64,000 nt of DNA from an uncultured Christensenellaceae bacterium (GCA_944380355.1 CALWHJ010000006.1:18490-82489); one strand, 5' to 3'. Counted from the first letter of the stretch, positions 50,818 through 59,311 are shown. The notes: generated from the letters alone by a model not told the origin. Translations and numbers: made by a program.

Positions 50818-50908
50818 AATGCCTCCTCGTAGTGAGTTTTTATCTGCAGTGTGCTTTTATATTCTACTTCATCGGCAAAAGCTTTGTCAATCTTTTGCCC
50901 GTCTGCCG

Positions 50909-51328
50909 TCATACGTTCGCGCTTTCGTCCTCGCAAAGCGACATAAGGTATTGTAGTCTTTCTTCCTGTCCCGTAAGATACAGATACCCTATCACGGCTT
51001 CAAAGCCGCTTGCCGATTTATAGTCCGATACGCTGGCGTTTTTTGCCATAGAATGTTGATGGGAGTTGCGTGCGCGGCGGAATATATCTTCTTCGTCCTC
51101 GTTGAGCACGCTTTCTATTCTGCGCATACACTCTGCCTGCGCTCCCGCGTTTACTCGGGCAGTAACGTACTTATGCAGCTTGTCCGCCTTGCCCGTAGTG
51201 CTTGCAAGCGCGCTCATACGGACGTAAAGCGTATGCACTCCGTCTCCCACGTAAGCAAGCACGAGAGGGTTTAGCTCCCGTGCCTGTTTGGTTGTAATTA
51301 AATCTTTGTTGCGCGGTAAAAAATCCAT
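50909..51328 (-). CDS. mrnC: Mini-ribonuclease III
   Basis: LAYVGD, AQA, RRARN and ASGFEAVIGYLYL motifs. Confidence 0.92.
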   Translation of the reverse strand: MDFLPRNKDLITTKQARELNPLVLAYVGDGVHTLYVRMSALASTTGKADKLHKYVTARVNAGAQAECMRRIESVLNEDEEDIFRRARNSHQHSMAKNASVSDYKSASGFEAVIGYLYLTGQEERLQYLMSLCEDESANV

Positions 51329-51338
51329 ACTCGACAGC

Positions 51339-52061
51339 TTATTTGTTGTCCGCGTCGGTGACCTTTGCCACGTCTACCTTTTTGCCGGCTTTAATTTTTT
51401 TGCCCCTCTCGTCAAACTGAGATACGAAGTAATCAAACAGCAATTCGTCGCTGTACGTCGTCTCGCCCGTAGCCTTCAAGGTACACTCCTTGATATACTC
51501 GTAACAGCTCTTTTCCATAATTCTGATTATCTCGAAAGCTTCGTCCATATCCTTGCCTGCGCAGAATACGCCGTGGTTAGCCATAAAGCAAGCGTTGCGT
51601 CCTTGCATTGCGGCAACGGTACCTTCCTTGAGTTTCTTGGTGCCGGGCAAGCCGTATGCGCCTACTCTGCACTCTCCGCCTACGAGTTTTTCCATTTCGG
51701 CACTCATTACGGGAAGAGGTATTCTCGCCGATGCCATAATCGAACAAAAGAGGGGGTGAGAGTGAATGGTTGCGTTGATTTCGGGACGCGCCTGCATAAT
51801 AGCCGCGTGTATCTTTCTCTCGCTGGTAGGCTTTTTGCCGTCGCTCCATACCGAAGGGTCGCTTATTTGCACTACAGGCATATCCTCGGGAGTAAGAGAT
51901 ATGTAGTCAAGTCCCGTAGGAGTAACGAGCATATGGTCCTCGTCAAGTCTTACCGCGGTATTTCCCCACGTACCCTGTACGAGATTTTCCTTAAGGAGAG
52001 CTACGCCGCTGTCCTTGATAACCTGTCTCAATTTCAATTCTGTTTCTTTATCCCAAGCCAT
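51339..52061 (-). CDS. Class II aldolase/adducin-family protein (FucA-like, metal ligands intact)
   Basis: TWGN, TPTG, PTSE, HSH and NHG motifs. Confidence 0.9.
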   Translation of the reverse strand: MAWDKETELKLRQVIKDSGVALLKENLVQGTWGNTAVRLDEDHMLVTPTGLDYISLTPEDMPVVQISDPSVWSDGKKPTSERKIHAAIMQARPEINATIHSHPLFCSIMASARIPLPVMSAEMEKLVGGECRVGAYGLPGTKKLKEGTVAAMQGRNACFMANHGVFCAGKDMDEAFEIIRIMEKSCYEYIKECTLKATGETTYSDELLFDYFVSQFDERGKKIKAGKKVDVAKVTDADNK

Positions 52062-52062
52062 A

Positions 52063-52728
52063 TTACACCTCGCCTTCTTCCTTAGCGGAAGTATTCTGTT
52101 GTTTTTCGCCCTCTTCGAGCTGAGAGAGATTTTGCTGATTTTTCTTGCTGTACTTTGTCTTATAGATAAATCTCATAAGACGCGCTTCGAAACCGTTGAT
52201 AATCTTGTTTTCGCCGATAACGCTGCTTGCTACGAAACATCTGCTTGCCTTGTCAAGCACGAGTACGCAGGTATAAGCCTCGTCGAGAGTACGTCCCGAA
52301 GTAATGCAGCCGCTGTCTTTGACAAGGCAGGAATTTCTGCCCTTCAAAGTCTTGATAATGCTGTGGATATCGTCTTCGGCAGTCTTGCAGGAAGGTCCTA
52401 CGATTTGCGCCATATCGTCGAGTACGGCGGGTATCGTTGCGCCCGCTTTTGCTACGGGCATAACCCACTTGGGATAGCACTGGCAAATAGCGTGGATATC
52501 CTCTCTCTCCTTGTAGATTTCTGCATGGTAGAAATATTCTTTGTCGACTTTGAAGATGAGGAGTTTGATTACGTCCTCTTCTTTGAGGTCAGCGAGTTTT
52601 ACGCCCGCTTTGGTAACGTACATATAGTTGAGCCCCGACCTCATGCTTATCATGTCGTTCTCGCCCGTTACGCCTTCGGCAACGAGTTTCTGAGCGTATT
52701 GCAAAATGGTTTCTACGATTTTCTCCAT
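52063..52728 (-). CDS. Class II aldolase-like protein lacking the Zn-binding histidines
   Basis: HAEIYKEREDIHAICQCYP and LKGRNSCLVKDSG align with its neighbour, but HxH and NHG are replaced. Confidence 0.8.
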   Translation of the reverse strand: MEKIVETILQYAQKLVAEGVTGENDMISMRSGLNYMYVTKAGVKLADLKEEDVIKLLIFKVDKEYFYHAEIYKEREDIHAICQCYPKWVMPVAKAGATIPAVLDDMAQIVGPSCKTAEDDIHSIIKTLKGRNSCLVKDSGCITSGRTLDEAYTCVLVLDKASRCFVASSVIGENKIINGFEARLMRFIYKTKYSKKNQQNLSQLEEGEKQQNTSAKEEGEV

Positions 52729-54263
52729 TATTCTTCTCCTCCTTCGAATCTCTTGGAATTTGCGTGTCTGTAAGTTTTTTCGAGACTGTAATAAATCTGC
52801 TTGTAACTCTTAAAGAGTTCGTCGTAGATATACTTGTTCTGAGGATTGGGACGGTAGGTCTTGCTCTCCTGAACGAAGTTTTTAGCGTCGGCAAAACTAC
52901 CGAGTTCTCCCAAGCCTATAAGCGCTATTATAGCGGCACCGAGTGCGCCTGCGTTACGGGGATTTTCCACGATAGCGAATTCGCTGCCCGTAATATCTGC
53001 GATTATCTGCATCCACGCGTTATCGAGCGCGCCGCCGCCTATAATTCTGAATTGTCTGCAATGGAATTTGTAGTCCTTTCTGAAGTTTTCGAGTATCCAT
53101 CTCAGATTGTAACCTATACCTTCGTACAAAGCGCGCATTATGTGTTCTCTCGTATGAGAAGGGGTTACGTTCCAAAGCGTTGCTCTCGTGGTAGTCGAAG
53201 ATACGGGACATCTTTCGCCCAGCATCCAAGGCGTACAAATCAAATGGTCGGAGCCTGCGGGTATGGATTCGATAACCTTGTCCATATATGCGTATATGCC
53301 GTCTCCGAGTTCCTTTTGCTCGCTTGCAAAGAATTGGTCGCACAGCCATTGTATGTTGCTGCCTGCCGCCTCGGTAATGCCTACGATAAGGTTCATATCG
53401 GGGTCTGCCGACTGTATAGCCGCCGCGCCGTGCTTGAACTTTGTCTTATTTCTGCTGGACGCAGCTACCCATGCGGAAGTGCCGAGATAGATATGTATTT
53501 CGCCGTCGCCTATCATACCGCTGCCGATTGCCGCAGCCTGGGTATCGTCGCAGCCGCCGAATACTGCCGTACCTTCGCACAAGCCCATCTTCTTAGCAGC
53601 TTCTTCGGTAAGACCGTTGCCTATCTTGTCAGTACTTTTGACAAGAGGAGGAAGCTTGGACATATCCATTCCTACGATTTTAAGCGCGCTGAGCCACGTC
53701 TTTTTCTTGAGGTCGAGACCGTAGCTCGAAGCACCCGAAAGTTCGGCTACCATCTCGCCTGTACACTTGTACTTGAGGAAGCCGTTGACGTCGAGGAAGT
53801 ACTTTGTGTTATTGTATACGTCGGGACGCTCTTCTTTAAGCCACTGAATTTTGGCAATAACGTCCTTACCCATAATAGGCGTGCCCGCAACGAGAGTAAA
53901 AATCTTTTTGCCGCCGACCTTGTTCATAAGCGTCTGCGCTTGTTTTTCCGCTCTGCCGTCAACCCACGTAATATTGGGATGCAAAACTCTGCCCTTAGCG
54001 TCTACGGGAATGATACCCATAGCCTGAGTAGAGAATACGACGCCTTCTACGTCGTGAGGGTCGATGCCCGTATCCTCGATTAGCGTACGGGACGCAAGAC
54101 ATACAGCTTCCCAGTACTCGTCGGGGTCTTGCTCGACGAAAGCGGGAGCGGGATAATAGGTGGGATAGGGTACGGCTTTAGAGGCAACGATTTTGCCTTC
54201 GAAGTCGATAAGTACAGCCTTGTCCGAGCTTGTACCCATATCGTGGGATACAACGTATTTCAT
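52728..54263 (-). CDS. FGGY-family carbohydrate kinase (xylulokinase-like)
   Basis: HDMGTSSDK, EQDP, TWVDGR, GCDD, LGTS, GERCP, EGIGY and GGGA motifs; true start MKYVVSH with an AGGAGG RBS. Confidence 0.92.
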   Translation of the reverse strand: MKYVVSHDMGTSSDKAVLIDFEGKIVASKAVPYPTYYPAPAFVEQDPDEYWEAVCLASRTLIEDTGIDPHDVEGVVFSTQAMGIIPVDAKGRVLHPNITWVDGRAEKQAQTLMNKVGGKKIFTLVAGTPIMGKDVIAKIQWLKEERPDVYNNTKYFLDVNGFLKYKCTGEMVAELSGASSYGLDLKKKTWLSALKIVGMDMSKLPPLVKSTDKIGNGLTEEAAKKMGLCEGTAVFGGCDDTQAAAIGSGMIGDGEIHIYLGTSAWVAASSRNKTKFKHGAAAIQSADPDMNLIVGITEAAGSNIQWLCDQFFASEQKELGDGIYAYMDKVIESIPAGSDHLICTPWMLGERCPVSSTTTRATLWNVTPSHTREHIMRALYEGIGYNLRWILENFRKDYKFHCRQFRIIGGGALDNAWMQIIADITGSEFAIVENPRNAGALGAAIIALIGLGELGSFADAKNFVQESKTYRPNPQNKYIYDELFKSYKQIYYSLEKTYRHANSKRFEGGEE

Positions 54264-54280
54264 TTTTCCTCCTTTAGGTC

Positions 54281-54403
54281 GCCGTTGTATAGCGGTGCGC
54301 CTTTGCAAATTTCGGGAACGCTCCTCGCCGTCACGTACACAAAGTACGCTCAGGACTCGGAACAACCACCGAAATTGGCAAAATCGCGCCACTCTCCAAC
54401 GGC
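54281..54403 (-). repeat. Type-A hairpin element, copy 7
   Basis: GCCGTTG-TATAG...CTCTC-CAACGGC; closely similar to 11535-11662; lies just upstream of the kinase RBS. Confidence 0.88.
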
Positions 54404-54649
54404 TCCGCGTTTTGTGTATGAGTATTAAGTTTTCCCAACTTCCCAAAGTCCGTAAAGACTTGAAAGTTATGTGTTTTTTATTTGAAGAAGTCGGCTTTTT
54501 CGAACTTCTATTGCCCCTCATCTATTTTTCAACTCACTACTCTGGGGGCTACGGAGCAACCACCGAAATTGGCAAAATCACGCCACTCTCCAACGGCTCC
54601 GCGTTTTGTGTATGAGTATTAAAAAATTACCATTTTTCGAAGTCCGTAA
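54358..54649. repeat. Direct duplication (~70 bp near-identical, 194-bp period) of one half of the type-A element and its flank
   Basis: CAACCACCGAAATTGGCAAAATC(G/A)CGCCACTCTCCAACGGCTCCGCGTTTTGTGTATGAGTATTAA at 54363 and 54557. Confidence 0.85.
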
Positions 54650-54758
54650 TAATATCGGCTTCGGATTTATGTGTATTGCGTTTATCAATTACGATATCCG
54701 CATCAAAGTGTTTATCGCATATCGGACCGATAGAATATCCGTCCTGATTTTGTGGAGC

Positions 54759-54797
54759 AATTTATACAATTTAAGACTTGGGTAAATTGTATAAATT
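54759..54797. repeat. AT-rich perfect inverted repeat (15+9+15), copy 2
   Basis: AATTTATACAATTTA-AGACTTGGG-TAAATTGTATAAATT. Confidence 0.85.
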
Positions 54798-55012
54798 AAC
54801 TACGATATGAAATAACTTAACGTGTACGCGTACGCATACTAAAAATAAAACAAAATCAATATTATCCCCTTTTGCTCCCCCGTTGGAGCTCAGGCTCAGA
54901 ATAATATTGAATATGTCTTGCACCGACTGCCGCAAAATGCGACAGTCGGTATTTTATTTGTTGATTTGTCCCTCGCGCAAACGCAAAGGAAACTGTTTCG
55001 CGTCAATAATTT

Positions 55013-55461
55013 ATCCGCTTGAAGACAGTACCGACAAACGGTTTTATTCGCTTGCCGAATATACACCGTTTCGTTTGGTCGGTATGGAGCGAACCCGACG
55101 TCTTGCCTTACGCTTTCGATACTTCGGAAGCGTGGGTATTTTGTCGAGGCTGTCAAATCCGTAATCCGCTTGAAGACAGTACCGACAAACGGTTATATTT
55201 GCTTCAGCTAATATATACCCTTTCTTCTGGTCGGTATGGAGCGAACCCGACGTTTTGCCTTACGCTTCCGATACTTCGGAAGCGTGGGTATTTCGTCGCG
55301 GTGAGCGAAAGCGCCGCTATATTACCCACTCTGTGCGACCGCGTAGAGTGGTGCAGAGTTTGTCTTTTCCAGACCGAGCGCGACAGGCGCATACTTTGCG
55401 TATGTAACTGAGCGCGAGTGTCGCAGACAAAGGCAAAATATGCGCCGCTATATGCGGTCGC
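55013..55461. repeat. Right composite repeat cluster: two 151-bp type-B units (55013-55298) and type-A copy 8 (55335-55461), inverted relative to the left cluster
   Basis: ATCCGCTTGAAGACAGTACCGAC at 55013 and 55164; GCGACCGCG-TAGAGTGG...CCGCTATA-TGCGGTCGC abuts the aminotransferase stop. Confidence 0.88.
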
Positions 55462-57102
55462 CTATTTGTTTTTAGCTTCCGCCTTCTTAGCAGCCTTAAG
55501 CATCTTCTCAGCTTTAGCGAGTTTCTTTTCGTTGCCCGCAGCCTTATACTTGTTGATTTTGTATTCTGCTACCTGAACGTCCATAGAAGACTTTCTCTCT
55601 GCAACGAGCTTGAATACGTCTTCGAATCTGTTGAGTGCGCTGTCGATGATTTCGTCGGTGTCAGCCATAGAGGTGTAGAGTCTCGAGCCTGCGAGCGTAA
55701 CGATACCGTTAGCCATATAAGCTGCGCCCATATGCTCCATAGCAACCTTACGTACCATAATCATATCCTTCATCTTGAGTACCTTGAGGAGGTTGAGTAT
55801 ATTCTTGGAAGAGAAGTCGTAGCTCATTGCACCCGTGCACTCGAGGTGGACGATGGAACCTTGGTTGTAAGCAACGTAAGGAAGTTGATATTTTTCGATA
55901 AGGCTTACGAGACCGTCGGTAAGTCTGTTACCTGCAAGACCTGCCTTAAGGCAAGCGTTTGTCTTAGCGATTTCCTTGATAGCGGTATAACCTGCCATAG
56001 CGGACAGAGGGTTAGCCGCCAAAGTACCGCCGCAGTAAGCTTTCTTTGCGCCGCCTGCAACGCCTGCCGCGAGGAGGGAAACGTATTCTTTCTTACCGCC
56101 TACGCCGCCTGCTGCGGGATAGCCGCCTGCAACGATTTTACCGAAGATAGTGAGGTCGGGCTTAACGTCGAAGAAGCCTTGTGCTCCGCCGAGACCTACT
56201 CTGAAGCCGGTAACTACTTCGTCGAAGATGAAGAGTGCGCCGTATGCGTGTGCAAGCTCGAGAGCTTTCTTGTTGTAGTCGAAGTCAACGGGACGGGTAC
56301 CGGATTCGGGGCCAACAGGCTCAACGATGACAGCAGCCGTGCCGCCTCTTCTCTTGTTTATCTTGAGGTAATCTTCGAGCATATCGAGGTCGTTGGGTCT
56401 TACTTCGTCGATAACGCTGAAAATTACGTTAGGGATACCGAAGGACTCGAGGAACTGTCTCGTGCCGGGAACCTTAAGACCGTAAACCATCTGGTCGGAC
56501 CAGCCGTGATATGCGCCGCCGATTTTGATAATTCTCTTGTTCTTAGTCTGGCATCTGGCGATACGGAGAGCAGCCATAACGGATTCTGTACCGGAACCCA
56601 ACATTCTGAACATTTCCACATTGGGCATATGCTTGTTGATTTCCTTAGCGATAAGAAGTTCTGCCTCGTGGAAGAGACCTGTTACAGGTCCGCACTCCTT
56701 GATAAGCTTGATAGCTTCGGTCTGAACGGGCTTATAATTGCTACCTAGAATGGTAGGACCGCCCGCCTGAAGGAAGTCGATGTACTCGTTGCCGTCGATA
56801 TCCGTAAGGTATGCGCCGTCAGCCTTAACCATACACATAGGGAAAGGTTTGTTGAAAGCGAGGTTATGTTGTACACCGCCGGGGATGTACTTCTTTGCTT
56901 CTGTGGTAATCTCTTTGGACTTAGCGCACTTTCCGTCGTAGTAATTCTTGCAGATGTCGTCGTAAACTTCCTTGGGAATAGAGAAGATATTCTTGGAAGT
57001 GAGTTCTTTAAGACTTGCGTTGATTTCCTTAGCGTTAGCCCAACGGGTGATACCGTAGCCTTGTTTCTCCTTTTCGGGGAGTTGAGTATAAGTGACTTTC
57101 AT
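55462..57102 (-). CDS. Class III PLP aminotransferase, glutamate-1-semialdehyde aminomutase-like
   Basis: PGGV, DIDGNEYIDF, SGTESVMAALRIAR, YHG, FDEVVTGFR, FGK (PLP lysine) and GGT..ANP motifs; N- and C-terminal extensions; no hem genes nearby. Confidence 0.88.
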   Translation of the reverse strand: MKVTYTQLPEKEKQGYGITRWANAKEINASLKELTSKNIFSIPKEVYDDICKNYYDGKCAKSKEITTEAKKYIPGGVQHNLAFNKPFPMCMVKADGAYLTDIDGNEYIDFLQAGGPTILGSNYKPVQTEAIKLIKECGPVTGLFHEAELLIAKEINKHMPNVEMFRMLGSGTESVMAALRIARCQTKNKRIIKIGGAYHGWSDQMVYGLKVPGTRQFLESFGIPNVIFSVIDEVRPNDLDMLEDYLKINKRRGGTAAVIVEPVGPESGTRPVDFDYNKKALELAHAYGALFIFDEVVTGFRVGLGGAQGFFDVKPDLTIFGKIVAGGYPAAGGVGGKKEYVSLLAAGVAGGAKKAYCGGTLAANPLSAMAGYTAIKEIAKTNACLKAGLAGNRLTDGLVSLIEKYQLPYVAYNQGSIVHLECTGAMSYDFSSKNILNLLKVLKMKDMIMVRKVAMEHMGAAYMANGIVTLAGSRLYTSMADTDEIIDSALNRFEDVFKLVAERKSSMDVQVAEYKINKYKAAGNEKKLAKAEKMLKAAKKAEAKNK

Positions 57103-57141
57103 TCAGATGCCTCCTTAAATTATAAATCTCTGACATTAACA

Positions 57142-57171
57142 ATTTTACCACACTTAATTGATTGTTGTCAA
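57142..57171 (-). promoter_or_regulatory. Sigma-A promoter of the aminotransferase
   Basis: TTGACA-18 bp-TAAAAT with an extended TG on the minus strand. Confidence 0.65.
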
Positions 57172-57395
57172 TATTGATTTTTTAGCAATTATAATACTAT
57201 AATAAGGCAAATAGCCCTGTTTGAGAGGAAAAAGTGAGTTTTTTTGCGTATTTTAATTGACAAATGTCTATAAGGAATCTTTTATTTTACAAAGCCGAAA
57301 ATTTTGTAAATTATAAAAATTTTTTCCGCGTTTGTGTTGAATATCTGAATATTCGTATGGTATAATAATCTAGGATTTATTTTAAGGAGACGCTT

Positions 57396-58685
57396 ATGGA
57401 AAACAAGGAATTCCCCAAGGGACAACAAGTCTACGACCTCGTAAAAGAAGTCATAGACGTGACCGGCCCCCGACTTCCCGGCAGCGAGGAAGAACGCAAG
57501 GGCGCGGAAATTATAGCAAACCAAATCGAAAGAGAACTGGGTACGCCTACGGTAACCGAACAGTTCAAAACGCCTAGACACGCTTGCATCAGCGCGATAC
57601 CTTGGATTGGTTGGGGAATGTTTATAGCATTCTGCGCGTTTTATCTCTCGCCCATAGCGTCTTTGATAATCAGTACGGCATTATTGCTTTTTGCGCTTAC
57701 GCACATTTTCTACTATTCGCATATGCTCGACCGTTTCTTCAAGAAGGACGTGTCGCAAAACGTATATTCATTCCTCGAGCCCCGTTCGGGAAACAAGAAA
57801 TACACCATAATGCTGACGGCGCATATGGACAGCAGCTGGTGCTGGCTGCACTCCTACAAAAACCCCAAAACAATGATGATTAAGACGGGAATAGGCGTAT
57901 TGAGCGGAGTTGCTTTGCTCATAGTTTCGCTCGTTACGATTATCCTCGAGGCTGTCAACGGACTGAGCGTTTCGTTTATGGGGCTTTCAGGAGTATTTGC
58001 AAATCTTTCCTCGGGCGTAAAAACAGGCGCAGACGTAGCGGTGTTGGTAATGTACTGCCTGCCCGTACTCTTCCTTCCCGGATTTTACTGGCTGTCCACG
58101 TACCTTTCGTACGATAAGAAAAAAGCCGCTCCCGGCGCAATGGATAATCTCAGCGGCGTAGCTACGGCAATAGCGGTGGCAAAACACTTCAAAGATAATC
58201 CTCAGGACTGCGGCGACGCGCGTATTGTAGTTATGGGCGCAGGTGCCGAAGAAAGCGGACTTATAGGCGCACTCGACTTTGTAAAAAGACACAAAGACGA
58301 CAAAAACATCTTTGACGAACATACATACGTGCTCAATCTGGACTCTTTCAGAGATTACGACAACTTCAACGTAGTCAAGAAAGACACCTTGCAATTCAAG
58401 CCTTTCGATGCAGAGTTGGTAACCCTTTCGCAACAGGCTATCGCAAACTGCGGTCTTGAAGTACATACCATAGAAAATCCCGTAGGCGGAAGCGACTCTA
58501 CGGCATATGCAAAGGCGGGCATCAAAACCGTTACTCTCAACGCACAGGACCCCAGACCTACCGACTACTATCACACCACAAACGATACTCTCGACAACCT
58601 CAATATGAATACTCTCGAGAAAGGTTTCGAGGTAGTAAGAGAAGTGGTGAGACTTATAGACGCAAAATACAGAGAGCAAAACTGA
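57396..58685 (+). CDS. M28-family metallopeptidase/amidohydrolase with inserted TM helices
   Basis: GPRLPGS, AHMDS, GAMDN, GAEESG, NLDS and YHT..D Zn-ligand motifs; two hydrophobic insertions. Confidence 0.88.
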   Translation: MENKEFPKGQQVYDLVKEVIDVTGPRLPGSEEERKGAEIIANQIERELGTPTVTEQFKTPRHACISAIPWIGWGMFIAFCAFYLSPIASLIISTALLLFALTHIFYYSHMLDRFFKKDVSQNVYSFLEPRSGNKKYTIMLTAHMDSSWCWLHSYKNPKTMMIKTGIGVLSGVALLIVSLVTIILEAVNGLSVSFMGLSGVFANLSSGVKTGADVAVLVMYCLPVLFLPGFYWLSTYLSYDKKKAAPGAMDNLSGVATAIAVAKHFKDNPQDCGDARIVVMGAGAEESGLIGALDFVKRHKDDKNIFDEHTYVLNLDSFRDYDNFNVVKKDTLQFKPFDAELVTLSQQAIANCGLEVHTIENPVGGSDSTAYAKAGIKTVTLNAQDPRPTDYYHTTNDTLDNLNMNTLEKGFEVVREVVRLIDAKYREQN

Positions 58686-58702
58686 CATACCGAACTAAAC
58701 AT

Positions 58703-58732
58703 AAAAAGCCGACTTTTCACGTCGGCTTTTTT
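58703..58732 (+). terminator. Intrinsic terminator after the M28 gene
   Basis: AAAAAGCCGAC-loop-GTCGGCTTTTTT. Confidence 0.8.
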
Positions 58733-59311
58733 TATTTTGTAAGTTTTATCCTTTATTCGTCTTGCAACTTCCTCTTTCGACTTTCTTTGCGCCCGATAAT
58801 TCGCGACGCAATCTCTCGCAAGAGTTTGAGCATACAGAAATTCATTGCGTTATCCGCTCTGATTTGCCCTACGTCGCACTGTAAGCGCACCGACAATAGG
58901 CTTAACAGAGTTTACAACCGACGCGCTGCTTTTTTATGATAACAGTCGCAAACTTTGTTAAATTTTTCACTTATTTTTTTAAAACCAAATTCCTTTTTGA
59001 CAACTTTTTCCCTACTGTGTTGTTTTGCGACAAATTTTTCCTTACTGCCCCCCTTTTTTCCATTCACGTAGAATATAAAATTCGCGCGCTTTTTCACTTT
59101 AGCGCGGTAAACCGCCCTATTTGCCATAAAATTTGCTTATTTCATCCTGCCCCGTCTATTGCCGCGCTTTATTATCGGCCAAATCGAATCAGCCGTCTGA
59201 CTTTCAATCAAAGGTTGATTTTGTGGCCGATATGTCAATTTTGTCAGTCTTTTCGACTGTAAAACGTGTTTTTGAAAACGCGCCGTTTTTCTTCTAAAAA
59301 ACCATCCGATA

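Noticed and set aside
54264-54521. 86-aa N-terminal extension of the FGGY kinase in the ORF track
   Set aside because: It is read-through of a repeat element. The real start has an AGGAGG RBS at MKYVVSHDMG.
48991-55298. 151-bp tandem units considered as a CRISPR array
   Set aside because: There is no short constant repeat with unique spacers, only two units per locus, and no cas genes.
55462-57102. Calling the aminotransferase hemL
   Set aside because: No tetrapyrrole genes are nearby, it has long terminal extensions, and its context is a sugar kinase and aldolases.
57258-57271. TTGACAAATGTCTA imperfect palindrome as a TetR operator for the aminotransferase/M28 divergon
   Set aside because: It is a single short site overlapping a -35-like hexamer, with not enough repeats to support a motif.
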